The translations under genes and the position numbers were made by a program. A stretch of DNA of 64,000 nucleotides, from assembly GCA_965202625.1 (NCBI GenBank), contig CBDBBI010000010.1:2752001-2816000 (forward strand), read 5' to 3'. Positions within the stretch are counted from its first letter, which is position 1. Every line of letters begins with the position of its first letter. The DNA comes from a bacterium. Its GTDB lineage: Bacteria > UBA8248. Below, piece by piece: positions 1 through 9,829 of the stretch. The notes below the pieces were generated by a model, which made no database searches, was not told where the DNA came from, and saw only the letters and a program-made list of their open reading frames with translations.

Positions 1-57
1 GATCCGAAGCGACATTCCTCCTCAAGCCTCGTCGCGCGCCTTAGGATGCGGACCTAG
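1..57 (+). CDS. 3' end of a probable RfaE/HldE domain II-like adenylyltransferase (partial)
   Basis: Frame 1 reads DPKRHSSSSLVARLRMRT*, resembling the GDPKxHS(S/T) C-terminal motif of this family. The stop directly abuts the heptosyltransferase ATG. Confidence 0.5.
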   Translation, partial: DPKRHSSSSLVARLRMRT

Positions 58-1146
58 ATGGGTGAACGATTCCTGATCATCCGTCTGGGCGCCGTGGGCG
101 ACGTCGTGCATGCCCTTCCCCTGGCTTCCGCCATCAAGGATGCGCGGCCTGATTCTCACGTTACGTGGGCGGTTGAGCCCGGTCCGGCGCAGGTTCTCCT
201 CGGGAATTATGACGTGGATGGAATCCTGATTGTTGACTCCAAGAGGTGGAGAAGAAACCTGCCCGTTGGCGGTTTTTTCGCCTTTATGCGCGATCTGCGC
301 GCCGTGCGAGACGCGCGGCCCGACGTGGTTTTGGATGCCCAAGGACTCATAAAAAGCGGTTTGCTGGCGTGGGCGTCGAGAGCGCCTGTGCGTGTGGGGT
401 TTGACCATCGTTTTTGTAGGGAAGGGATGAATGTTCTTTTTACGACGCGCCAGACCCTTCCTTTGGAAACCCCGCATCACGTTGTCGAGAAGAATCTGTC
501 TCTCCTAAAGCCGTTGGGGTTGCCCATTCCTTCGAAGGAGAGATACCGTTTTCCCCTTCAGGAAACGTATCAAGAGGGCGAGCAGGCAGAAAAATATCTA
601 GAGAGCGTGAATCACGTGGATGGCCGCCCCTTGTTGGTGATCCACCCAGGAGGAGGATGGGCGACGAAACGCTGGGCGCCGGCCCGCTTCGCGCGGCTTG
701 CGGATTATTGGCGGGAAAGCGACATGGGAGGCGTTCTCTTGGTTTGGGGCCCGGGCGAAGAAGAGACGGTGAAGAAGGTCGCGAACGCCATGCGAACGCA
801 GCCTTGTGTGGCGCCAGGGACGAGCATCCGCGAGATGATGGCCTTGATTCGGCGCGGCGATTATTTCGTGGGTGCTGATTCGGGGCCTACGCACCTCGCT
901 GCCGCGATGGGCGTCCGATGCCTGACGATCATGGGGCCTACCGAACCCGTGAGAAACGGCCCTTGGGGATCGGGGCATCTTGTTTTGCATCATCGCCTCG
1001 CCTGCAGTGGCTGTCATGCGAGAGAATGTCGGGACGTAGAGTGTTTGGAGCGCGTGAAAGTCGAAGCGGCGATAGATGGTTTGAACCGTCTTCGTCTGGG
1101 CGATGAAAAACATGGCGAAGTATGCGAAAATAAGGCGTTTTTGTGA
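58..1146 (+). CDS. GT9 lipopolysaccharide heptosyltransferase (WaaC/WaaF-like)
   Basis: Motifs LIIRLGAVGDVVH, DAQGLIKS, HPGGGWATKRW and GADSGPTHLAAA. Confidence 0.9.
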   Translation: MGERFLIIRLGAVGDVVHALPLASAIKDARPDSHVTWAVEPGPAQVLLGNYDVDGILIVDSKRWRRNLPVGGFFAFMRDLRAVRDARPDVVLDAQGLIKSGLLAWASRAPVRVGFDHRFCREGMNVLFTTRQTLPLETPHHVVEKNLSLLKPLGLPIPSKERYRFPLQETYQEGEQAEKYLESVNHVDGRPLLVIHPGGGWATKRWAPARFARLADYWRESDMGGVLLVWGPGEEETVKKVANAMRTQPCVAPGTSIREMMALIRRGDYFVGADSGPTHLAAAMGVRCLTIMGPTEPVRNGPWGSGHLVLHHRLACSGCHARECRDVECLERVKVEAAIDGLNRLRLGDEKHGEVCENKAFL

Positions 1147-1248
1147 ATGAAGCCGGCCATTTTTTATTTCCTGAGGTGACGGCGCCATCGCTCTGATGAT
1201 TTGTATGTCGTCTTGGCGTTTTGACCGAAAAATGGGGAGAGGCGAAAA

Positions 1249-1446
1249 GTGAGCGTGGACAAGGAGTTGTTGGAGATATTGGCGTGCCCCGTCACCAAGA
1301 CCCCGCTTGAGTTGAGTGGGGACGGAAATTTTTTGATCGCCCGTAAGTCGGACCTGGTCTATAAAATCGAGGATGGTATCCCTATCATGCTCGTCGACGA
1401 GGCCATTCCGCTTGATGAGTGGGAGAAGGCACAGGAAAAGAGCTAG
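1249..1446 (+). CDS. Trm112/YcaR family protein
   Basis: LLEILACPVTK...YKIEDGIPIMLVDEA; this family commonly sits in LPS/Kdo clusters. Confidence 0.9.
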   Translation: MSVDKELLEILACPVTKTPLELSGDGNFLIARKSDLVYKIEDGIPIMLVDEAIPLDEWEKAQEKS

Positions 1447-1451
1447 CGAAA

Positions 1452-2276
1452 ATGTCTCGCCTAGCGGAAACGTCCGCCGAAGCCGGCCTGGGGAGAGTGT
1501 CTGAACGCGAAACGACAAGAGAACCGCTGAGCGTCGTGATTATAGCCCAGAATGAGGCGGACCGCATCGGCGCGTGCATTGATAGCGTTTCCTGGGCGAA
1601 TGAAATTATCGTTGTGGACGCAGGCAGCACAGATGGCACCCATGAAGTGTGCCTTGAGCGCGGCGCGGTGGTTGTTCATCACACTTGGGAGGGCTATTCC
1701 GCCCAAAAAAATTTCGCTATCTCCAAAGCTCGTCACTCCTGGCTTTTGAGTCTGGATGCCGATGAATGTGTGAGCCCTGGGCTTGCGAAGGAGATTCTCT
1801 CTGTTTTGTCCGCCGATAGTCCGGCACCAGGGTATCGCGTGCCCCGAAAAAATATATTCTGTGGCCGCTGGCTTCGCCATGGCGATATGTGGCCAGATTA
1901 TCAGGTGCGGTTGTTCCTGCGCGATGCGGGAGCGTTTAACGAGCGATGCGTTCATGAGTCCGTTGTCGTGCGTGGGAGGGTGGGCGTGTTATCGTCCCCT
2001 ATCGATCACCGCAGTTATGACGCTCTTTCAGATTTCTTCCACAGGCAGACTAAATACGCCAAGTTGTCGGCGGAAGATTTGTTTTCCAAAGGCGCGCGGC
2101 CGGGGATAGGCGATTTCTTCATCCGTCCTTTTTGGCGCTTTTTCAGAAGCTACGTCTTGAAGATGGGCCTTCGGGATGGCGTCGAGGGGTTGTTGGCGTC
2201 GGCCGGTTCCGCTTGGTACGTGTTCATGAGAGTTGCCTTTTTGTGGGAGCTGTGTCGAGGGCGTGCGCATCCTTAG
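1452..2276 (+). CDS. GT2 glycosyltransferase (KdtX/WaaE-like)
   Basis: LSVVIIAQNEA, VDAGSTDGT, LDADE, WPDYQVRLF and VHE motifs. Confidence 0.88.
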   Translation: MSRLAETSAEAGLGRVSERETTREPLSVVIIAQNEADRIGACIDSVSWANEIIVVDAGSTDGTHEVCLERGAVVVHHTWEGYSAQKNFAISKARHSWLLSLDADECVSPGLAKEILSVLSADSPAPGYRVPRKNIFCGRWLRHGDMWPDYQVRLFLRDAGAFNERCVHESVVVRGRVGVLSSPIDHRSYDALSDFFHRQTKYAKLSAEDLFSKGARPGIGDFFIRPFWRFFRSYVLKMGLRDGVEGLLASAGSAWYVFMRVAFLWELCRGRAHP

Positions 2277-3369
2277 CGTTGTTCATATGGAAGCCTCTCG
2301 AGGTCTGGGGGGACAGGAGAAGCGGATATTGCTCGAGGCCGCCTCTTTCATCGAGCGTGGGCACAAGGTCCTTTTAATTGGCCAGCCCGACGGCAAACTA
2401 TGGAGAGAGGCGCGCCAGGCGCGTGTGCCTTTTGAGCCGATGCGCATGAGGGTTTCTTGGGATCCGGTGGCGTTGATCGGGCTCATCAGACTGATTCGCA
2501 AGCGTCGCCCAGATTTGATTCATACGCACAGCAGCAAAGATTCCTGGCTCGGAGGGGTTGCGGGCAGGGTTCTCGGCGTGCCTGTTGTTCGTACCCGCCA
2601 CGTGTCCATACCCGTGAGTTCGCACTGGCTGAACTGGGTGTATCGGCTTCCGCATCGGATCATTACGACCGCTGGCCTCACCCGGAATCTTCTGGTTGAT
2701 TACGGGGGGTGCGCGCCTGATCGGGTGAGGGTGTTGCCAACGGGCGTGGACTTCAGACGTTTTCACGAGGGGGTAACGGGCGATGGCTTTCGCCGAGAGA
2801 TGGGATTGGAGCCGGACACGCCCGTCGTGGGAATGATGTCCCCACTCAGGGGAAGCAAGGGACACTACGAGTTTCTGAAGGCTGCGCGCCTGCTGAGGGA
2901 CGAGGGATGCGGCGCGAGGTTTTTTATCGGCGGGGGTGGAAAACGGCGGGGGGCGTATGAGGCCGAAGCCGGACGTCTCGGTCTTTTGGATGGCACCGTC
3001 ACCTTCATCGGGTATCGAACGGATGTGCCCGAAGTCATGGCCGGTCTCGACGTGTTGGTCATCCCGTCCAAACACGAGGCGATTCCACAGGTCGCCCTTC
3101 AGGGGATGTCTATGGGTCTCCCCATCGTGGGCACCAACGTTGGCGGCATTCCGGAAGTTCTGGAGCCATCAGGCGCCGGAGTCATCGTGCCCCCCCGCGA
3201 CTCCGTTGCGCTGGCGAGCGGTATTCGGCGCCTGCTTGGAGATCCGGTCGCTAGGGAAAAAATGGGTCGTTCGGGTTGCGAATATGTGCGCAGATGGTTT
3301 TCGCTTGATAAGATGGTGGTCGATACGCTGGTTCTGTATGAAGAGGTCATCTCAACTTGCGGAAGTTAA
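2263..3369 (+). CDS. GT4 glycosyltransferase
   Basis: GGQEKR, HTHSSKD and PSKHEAIP...GTNVGGIPE. GTG start overlaps the upstream gene. Confidence 0.9.
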   Translation: MRILSVVHMEASRGLGGQEKRILLEAASFIERGHKVLLIGQPDGKLWREARQARVPFEPMRMRVSWDPVALIGLIRLIRKRRPDLIHTHSSKDSWLGGVAGRVLGVPVVRTRHVSIPVSSHWLNWVYRLPHRIITTAGLTRNLLVDYGGCAPDRVRVLPTGVDFRRFHEGVTGDGFRREMGLEPDTPVVGMMSPLRGSKGHYEFLKAARLLRDEGCGARFFIGGGGKRRGAYEAEAGRLGLLDGTVTFIGYRTDVPEVMAGLDVLVIPSKHEAIPQVALQGMSMGLPIVGTNVGGIPEVLEPSGAGVIVPPRDSVALASGIRRLLGDPVAREKMGRSGCEYVRRWFSLDKMVVDTLVLYEEVISTCGS

Positions 3370-4532
3370 GCGTCGTTCAGGTGGTCGGCACCCCTTGGTG
3401 GTCGGGCGCGGGGGAGCCTGCGCTGTTTCTGGCGTCCGACTTGGCCAAAAGGGGGCATCGTGTGGAATTTGTTTGCGTTCCCGGAGGGCGTCTGGAGGAA
3501 AAGGCGGTGGAGGAGGGTTTGCCCACTGTGTCCGGCTTGGTGCCGACGCGAAGCACGAACCCAAAAAAAGTGCGGAATTTCGTCTCCGGTTTGTCGGCTC
3601 TGATACGGGAGATGAACGCCGATATCGTTCACGTCCACTTGACTGCGGACCATTGGCTATCATATCTCGCCCTCAAATGCGCACGCCGCAGCGCGCTGCT
3701 GGTGCGCAGCGTCCATCACCCCCGAGCGGTGGGCAAGAGCATAGCGTCAAGATATCTGCTCGGCCGTGCGAGCGACGCTTTGATACCGGTGAGCTGCTAC
3801 CTAGGGGACGTTCTTTTTACGCGGGTCCAGCCCTCCCCCGAGAAGGTGCACGTAGTTTCAGGTGGGGTGGATTTGGATAGATTTCGGCCAGCGGGTGCGA
3901 AAACCCGGACGACGGGGCGAGAAATACTGGGCGTTTCGCCCGACGCCTTGTTGGTGGGCATCGTGACGCGCCTTGCCGCCAACAGGGGGCTTTATGAATT
4001 ATTGGAGGCGTTTCAGAGGGTGGTGGAGGATGTTCCGGATGCGCGTCTCGCAGTTATTGGCAGAGGCGCGTTTCGGCCGCGCCTGGAGGAGAGGGCGCAA
4101 CGCCTGGGAATTGAGGATCGGGTGAATTTCGCCGGTTACCGTGGGGACGATCTGGTGGAGGTGCTCGCCGCGCTGGACGTTTTCGCGCTCATGTCGCCCG
4201 GTTCTGAAGGGACTTGCCGCGCGGTGCTTGAAGCCATGGCCATGGGGCTTCCCTGCGTGGTGACGGACAAAAACGGCCTGTCCGAAATCGTCAAGGAGGG
4301 CGAAACGGCGCAGGTGGTGCCTTTGGGGGGTTTTGGGAGCCCGGAATTGATGGCCTCCGCGCTGAAGGGGCTTCTGACGGATGCGGGGCGCCGCCTTTCC
4401 TACGGCCAAGCCGGCCGGGAGCGCGTGGAGAGGCTCTACGGCCGCGTGAGACGCGCCGCACTCGTCGAGCGGGTATACGCCTGGGCGCTTCATATGGCGC
4501 CGGAGTGGGATTTTGAAGAGGATTTCGGATGA
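3357..4532 (+). CDS. GT4 glycosyltransferase
   Basis: GT-B fold motif SEGTCRAVLEAMAMGLP; overlaps both neighbours. Confidence 0.88.
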   Translation: MRKLSVVQVVGTPWWSGAGEPALFLASDLAKRGHRVEFVCVPGGRLEEKAVEEGLPTVSGLVPTRSTNPKKVRNFVSGLSALIREMNADIVHVHLTADHWLSYLALKCARRSALLVRSVHHPRAVGKSIASRYLLGRASDALIPVSCYLGDVLFTRVQPSPEKVHVVSGGVDLDRFRPAGAKTRTTGREILGVSPDALLVGIVTRLAANRGLYELLEAFQRVVEDVPDARLAVIGRGAFRPRLEERAQRLGIEDRVNFAGYRGDDLVEVLAALDVFALMSPGSEGTCRAVLEAMAMGLPCVVTDKNGLSEIVKEGETAQVVPLGGFGSPELMASALKGLLTDAGRRLSYGQAGRERVERLYGRVRRAALVERVYAWALHMAPEWDFEEDFG

Positions 4533-6316
4533 GCCGCACCCGGGTTTATCTCAGACTCTTAGGGTATTTGCCCCCATATCGACTGCGGTTTGGCGTCGCC
4601 GTCGCCTGCACGGTCATTGTCAGCGGGCTGAACGCTTACCCCGCCTACCTGGTTCAGCACATCATCAATGATATTTTGATCTCGAAGCGATCGGAAGTCG
4701 TCCTGCTCATTTGCTTGTCCCTTCCCGTCGTTTATCTGACGAAGGGCGCGGCCGCCTATTTTCAAAATTATTTCATCTCCTGGGTCGGGCAACGCATCGT
4801 GATGGACATCCGCAATGCGCTTCATCGGCACTTCATCTATTTGCCGCTTCGGTTTTTTGAGACGAAAACGACCGGAGAACTGATGGCGAAAATCATTTAT
4901 GACATTTCTTTGATGCAAAAAGCGGTGACCAGCTCCGTGCGCGATTTGTTCCTTCACGGTCTTACCTTCATTGCTTTGCTCGGCGTGGCTATCTACCAGA
5001 GCCCCGAGATGGCGATGATATTCATCTTCGTGGTTCCCTGCGTGGGGTTTTTCGTCGTGCGGATGGGAGAGACGATTCGCCGCATCACGCGCAGGAGTCA
5101 GGTGCGGATGGGGAACATGAGCACTTTGATGAAGGAAACCTACGCGGGCATGCGCGTCGTCAAGTCCTTCCGCGCGGAGACCAAGGAGGAGAGCCGCTTC
5201 GTGCGTGCCTCCCTCTCTTTTTTTGAAACCGTGATGGGCGCCATGTGGATTCGCTCACTGGCTCCCCCGACGGTGGAGATTATCGGCGGCTTTTTGGGGG
5301 CGGCGGTTTTATGGTTCGGCGCCCGGGCGGTCATCCATGGGAGCATGGATGCGGGAAATCTGACGAGTTTTGTGGTCGCCATGGGAATGGCCTATAGCCC
5401 GCTGAAATCCTTCACTCGTGTCTTTCACGGCTTGATGGAGGGAATCGCGGGCGCCCAGGCAGTCTTTGAGATGATGGACGAGCACGCCCATGAAGATAAG
5501 AACCCGAATGGCGCAGTGATGAGGCGGCTCTCCAAACACATTCGATTCGAGGGCGTGTGCTTTTCCTATTCGGACGCGAGGGCACTGGAGGATATCAGCG
5601 TGGAGGTGCCGGCGGGTTGCATCTTTGCGGTTGTGGGCATGAGCGGTGCGGGAAAAACCACGTTATTGGATCTGATTCCTCGCTTCTACCTACCCAGTCG
5701 GGGGAGCATCTCCTTCGATGGGAAAGAGGCGTCCCTGTATTCGCTCGACAGCCTGCGTGCCCAGATAGCCGTAGTGAGCCAGCAGGTCATCTTGTTCAAC
5801 GATACGGCGGAGAACAATATCGCCTACGGAGCGAAAGACGCCGTCAGTCGTGAGGCAGTCGTCTCTGCGGCGAAAGCGGCCAACGCGCATGACTTCATCA
5901 TGGGGCTTGAAAATGGATATGAAACCATGCTGGGAGAGGATGGGGTGCGCCTATCGGGCGGCGAACGCCAGCGCATCGCCATTGCCCGCGCGATTTTTGG
6001 AGACCCTTCCATCTTGCTGCTTGACGAAGCTACGAGCGCGCTCGACGCTGAAAGCGAGCAGTTGATTCAGGAAGCCCTTGAGCCTTTGATGAAAGGTCGC
6101 ACCACAATCGTGGTGGCCCATAGGCTCTCCAAGGTCCGAAACGCTGATTTGATCATCGTGCTCGATGGTGGACGCATTGTGCAGAGGGGGACGCACGACG
6201 CCTTGATGAGTAGCGATGGCTTGTACCAAAGGCTCTACGAAATGCAATTTACGAGCGAGGAGGCGCCCCTTTCCGATGAAATGGGTGTCGCGCCCGCGCA
6301 GGGAAAAACGTCTTGA
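4529..6316 (+). CDS. msbA: MsbA-like lipid A/LPS ABC exporter
   Basis: N-terminal TM domain, Walker A GMSGAGKT, LSGGERQR, LLLDEATSALD; LPS cluster context. Confidence 0.8.
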   Translation: MSRTRVYLRLLGYLPPYRLRFGVAVACTVIVSGLNAYPAYLVQHIINDILISKRSEVVLLICLSLPVVYLTKGAAAYFQNYFISWVGQRIVMDIRNALHRHFIYLPLRFFETKTTGELMAKIIYDISLMQKAVTSSVRDLFLHGLTFIALLGVAIYQSPEMAMIFIFVVPCVGFFVVRMGETIRRITRRSQVRMGNMSTLMKETYAGMRVVKSFRAETKEESRFVRASLSFFETVMGAMWIRSLAPPTVEIIGGFLGAAVLWFGARAVIHGSMDAGNLTSFVVAMGMAYSPLKSFTRVFHGLMEGIAGAQAVFEMMDEHAHEDKNPNGAVMRRLSKHIRFEGVCFSYSDARALEDISVEVPAGCIFAVVGMSGAGKTTLLDLIPRFYLPSRGSISFDGKEASLYSLDSLRAQIAVVSQQVILFNDTAENNIAYGAKDAVSREAVVSAAKAANAHDFIMGLENGYETMLGEDGVRLSGGERQRIAIARAIFGDPSILLLDEATSALDAESEQLIQEALEPLMKGRTTIVVAHRLSKVRNADLIIVLDGGRIVQRGTHDALMSSDGLYQRLYEMQFTSEEAPLSDEMGVAPAQGKTS

Positions 6317-7524
6317 CTACCCACAAACCCTGCCAAACCCTGCGAGTGAAATCATCCCTTGGGACGAAAAAGGATGAGCGGTCCCTCTCGGTGCTGCAAA
6401 TCATGACGTGCCGGGGCTGGAACTCGGACGCCTGGGCGGCGATGTGTCTCACGCTGGGACTCCAGACGGATGGCCATCGCGTGATGCTGCTTTGTCGAGA
6501 CGTGGAGAGAGGACATGAAGTTTCCGAGCGAATACGCGCGGCGGGCGTGGAGGAAATCGATTTTATAGAGGCGAGTGGGAATTTCAGACCTGCCAGCTAT
6601 CTGAGGGACGTTGTAAAACTCAGGATGTTGATTAGGGAGAGGGAAGTGGACGTGGTGCACGCGCACAGGGGAGTGGAGCACTGGCTCGCCGCCGCTGCCC
6701 TGTTGGGGAGGCGAAGCCCCGCTTTGGTGAGAAGTCGCCACATATTGCGGCCGGTGCGCCGCCATTTATTGAATCGGTGGCTTTATGCTCTGGCTACGGA
6801 TAGGACCGTGACGGTGACGGAAAAAATTCGCGAGGGATATATGAAGGGTCGGGCGTCTTTGAGGGGCTCATTTCTCACGGTGATGGGCGGAGTGGACGCT
6901 TCGAGCTATGATCCCACCGCCACGGGGGCGGAATTTCGGGATTTTTGGAGGATTCCGCGAAATGCCCGCGTGGTCGGCGTGGCAGGCAGCATCAAATTTT
7001 CGATCAAAGGCCAGGACATGCTCTTGCGCGCGGCGGCGCGACTGATTCGGGAGAAATCTCTTTGGCTCATCGTGATTGGTGAGGGGAGGGACCTCGACCT
7101 TTTGAAGCGATTGGCGGTGGAGTTGGGGATAGCGAAAAGAGTGGTGTTCACGGGTTTTCTCTCTACACTTGCCGATGCACTCTCCGCCTGCGACGTTTTG
7201 GCGTTTCCGTCTGTTCGCTCGGAAGGCACGAGCCGGGTGTTGTTCGAGTATCTCGCGGCGGGCAAACCCGTCGTGGCCAGCGACGTGGGAAGCGTGGATG
7301 AGATCGTTCGGGACGGGAGAGAAGGAATTTTGGTGCCCGCGGGGGATGAGCGCGTGCTGTCTCAGGGACTGGAGAAATTGATCTCGGAGATCGGCCTTGC
7401 CCGGTCCATGGGACGCTCTGCGCGCGAGCGCGCGAAGCGGGATTTTGACAGGGGCGTCATGGCACGCCGAATGGTGGAGATATATCGTGAAGCCATGCGT
7501 TCGAGAGCCCGCCTCGCCGAATGA
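6313..7524 (+). CDS. GT4 glycosyltransferase
   Basis: FPSVRSEGTSRVLFEYLAAGKPVVASDVG. Confidence 0.88.
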   Translation: MTTHKPCQTLRVKSSLGTKKDERSLSVLQIMTCRGWNSDAWAAMCLTLGLQTDGHRVMLLCRDVERGHEVSERIRAAGVEEIDFIEASGNFRPASYLRDVVKLRMLIREREVDVVHAHRGVEHWLAAAALLGRRSPALVRSRHILRPVRRHLLNRWLYALATDRTVTVTEKIREGYMKGRASLRGSFLTVMGGVDASSYDPTATGAEFRDFWRIPRNARVVGVAGSIKFSIKGQDMLLRAAARLIREKSLWLIVIGEGRDLDLLKRLAVELGIAKRVVFTGFLSTLADALSACDVLAFPSVRSEGTSRVLFEYLAAGKPVVASDVGSVDEIVRDGREGILVPAGDERVLSQGLEKLISEIGLARSMGRSARERAKRDFDRGVMARRMVEIYREAMRSRARLAE

Positions 7525-7691
7525 GAGATGCGTCCCCGCGTCCCGATCTGATTGCGGGGAGGGAGTGCCGCGTGATTGGTTTTCACCGTCCATGAAAGCG
7601 CAAGTCTTTCCGCCGTCTCGTTCCGGAACATCGTGTGGGTGGCGCGGCGAATGATGTCCAGAAGTGCCGTTTGGCTGCAAGTTCGGCGATC

Positions 7692-8849
7692 GTGAAAATT
7701 GCGCTCATTCGATCCGCAGTGCATCGGCATGGCGGAGTGGAACGCTACGTCTGGCATCTGGCCGAAGAGTTGGACCGTCGCGGGCATGAGGTTCATCTCA
7801 TTGTGAGGAGGCGCCCTGAACCCCCGTCCCCCTCCGTTCGTTTTCACACTGTGCCCGTTGCGGGTATTTTTTCGTTCTCCAAGGTTTTGTCCTTCGCGAG
7901 AGGGGTGAAAAAGGTCTTGGAGAAAGAGTACTTCGACATTGTTCACTCATGCGAGCGAATTCACCGATGCGACGTCTACCGGGCGGGAGAGGGCTTGCAT
8001 CGTGAATGGCTACGCGTCTCGTCGCTATATCTTTCGCCTTGGGCGCAATTCATCAGAAACTTGGATCCGCTTCACAACGTCCTTTTGAAGATCGAGGAGA
8101 ACCTCATCCGCCACGGCGGTGCCAGGTTCGTGATGGCCAATAGCCGCAAAGGAGCCGAGGAGATCAGGAAACATTTTGGCACTAGTAGGGCGTCCGTCAT
8201 TTATAATGGCGTGGACAGCGCGGAATTCAGGCCTCCGAGAGATTCAGAGCGCAAGGAGATGAGGGGAAGAATCCATCTGGCGGAAAGCGACTTTGCTGTG
8301 CTCTACGTCGGCAGCGGTTTCTTCCGCAAAGGTCTGCGCTATTTGATAGAGGGCTTCGCCAAGATGGGAAGTCCCCAAAACGGCAAAAAACCTTATTTGC
8401 TGATTCTCGGTCGAGGCGCCAGGGGGACTTATGAGAGGTTGATACGCGCGCATGGCCTCAGCGGGCGGGTTCGTTTTTTTGGCGATGAAATATCCGCGGC
8501 GCAGCTCTATCAGGCGGCGGATGTCTTCGTGTTTCCCACCCTGTATGACCCGTTTGCGAACGTCTGTTTGGAGGCGCTGGCGAGTGGGTTGCCTTGCGTG
8601 CTCTCGTCCAGAAACGGCGCGGCGGAAATTATCTCTGATGGGAAAGAGGGCTACATTTTGGATGATCCTACGGACACCGACGACATTGCGCGTCTCGCTT
8701 CGTTGTGTATGGATGAAGAGAAAGCGGCTGCCATGGGCGAGGCGGCCCGCGCCCTCTCCCTGAAGTTTACCTGGCGGGCCAACGCCGATGAGACGGAGAA
8801 GCTCTACCGGAAAATTCTTCTGGGCGAGGGGGTGGCCTCCGGAACATGA
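7692..8849 (+). CDS. GT4 glycosyltransferase (WaaG/RfaG-like)
   Basis: GGVERY, DVYRAGEGLH and FPTLYDPFANVCLEALASGLP. Confidence 0.85.
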   Translation: MKIALIRSAVHRHGGVERYVWHLAEELDRRGHEVHLIVRRRPEPPSPSVRFHTVPVAGIFSFSKVLSFARGVKKVLEKEYFDIVHSCERIHRCDVYRAGEGLHREWLRVSSLYLSPWAQFIRNLDPLHNVLLKIEENLIRHGGARFVMANSRKGAEEIRKHFGTSRASVIYNGVDSAEFRPPRDSERKEMRGRIHLAESDFAVLYVGSGFFRKGLRYLIEGFAKMGSPQNGKKPYLLILGRGARGTYERLIRAHGLSGRVRFFGDEISAAQLYQAADVFVFPTLYDPFANVCLEALASGLPCVLSSRNGAAEIISDGKEGYILDDPTDTDDIARLASLCMDEEKAAAMGEAARALSLKFTWRANADETEKLYRKILLGEGVASGT

Positions 8850-8995
8850 CGATGCGCGTTAGGGGCCGCATCCGTTCGGGCCCAGAGATGAATCCAAGAG
8901 AGGGGCGATGGATTGCGCCTGCGTCAGAATACGCCTCCCTGACGCGCCTGGATTGTTGATGTCAAGTGGGGAAACGAAGCAAAAAAGGAAGTGAG

Positions 8996-9736
8996 ATGGA
9001 AGAAACGGAAATTGACGTCACTTTGGTCGCTGGTCGGCGGCCGGAATTGCTCGCGCGCACGCTGTGCTCATTTGAAGAGAAAATCTTCAGGAACTTTCGT
9101 ATATCAAAGGTTTTCGTGAACCTAGATCCGTTTTTGGGATGCTTGGCCGACGGGGTGGTCTGTCCGAAAATCGTGCTTGAGCATTTCCCCGACGCGGAAA
9201 TCACGGAACCCGACGTGGCGAGTTACGCCCAAGCCGTGAAAACCCTTTGGTCCAAAATCCAGGCTCCTCTCGCGCTCCACATGGAGGACGACTGGGTCGC
9301 CCTCGATACGATTTTTCCCGATTGCGTTTTTCCTTTTTTTTTTGAAAACCGCGTTCGTATGTTGTCTCTGATGGCGCGCGAGAAAATCTGGAATGGCCGT
9401 GCGAAGCGTGCCACGCAGCGCATTCTGGTGCCGTTCACCCCGCTGCGGTTTCGAGCGCCCCATTTCTCGGTGAGTCCTTGTTTTGTAGAGAGGGATTTCG
9501 CGTTGGTCTACGCCGCCCTCCTCAAGCCGGCGCTGGACCCTGAAAAGTAAACTCAGAAATGTCAAAACCTGAAACTATTGAGATACTGCTTTCGCTTTGC
9601 AAGCGCCTTCCTCGTCTCGACGCGCAGAAATGCTTCTGACGTGCTCCTGGACATCGGCCGCGAGTGGCGCCGTGAGCGCGGAATCGAGAAAATTGTGAGG
9701 AACGGCCGAAGCCTGTGGGTGCAAAGCCAAAAATGA
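8996..9736 (+). pseudogene. Glycosyltransferase-like gene interrupted by an in-frame TAA at 9548-9550
   Basis: AGRRPELL and LHMEDDW motifs. After DPEK-TAA the same frame stays open for 61 codons (...DIGREWRRERGIEK...) to TGA at 9734-9736. Confidence 0.6.
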
Positions 9737-9829
9737 GGCAGGTCATGGCGCCGGAGGCAGCGTTCTTTCTCGTCTCGTTCGCATCCTCCGGGCGGGCGCT
9801 TCTAAGGGCTTCGCGTATTCGACGTCGCT

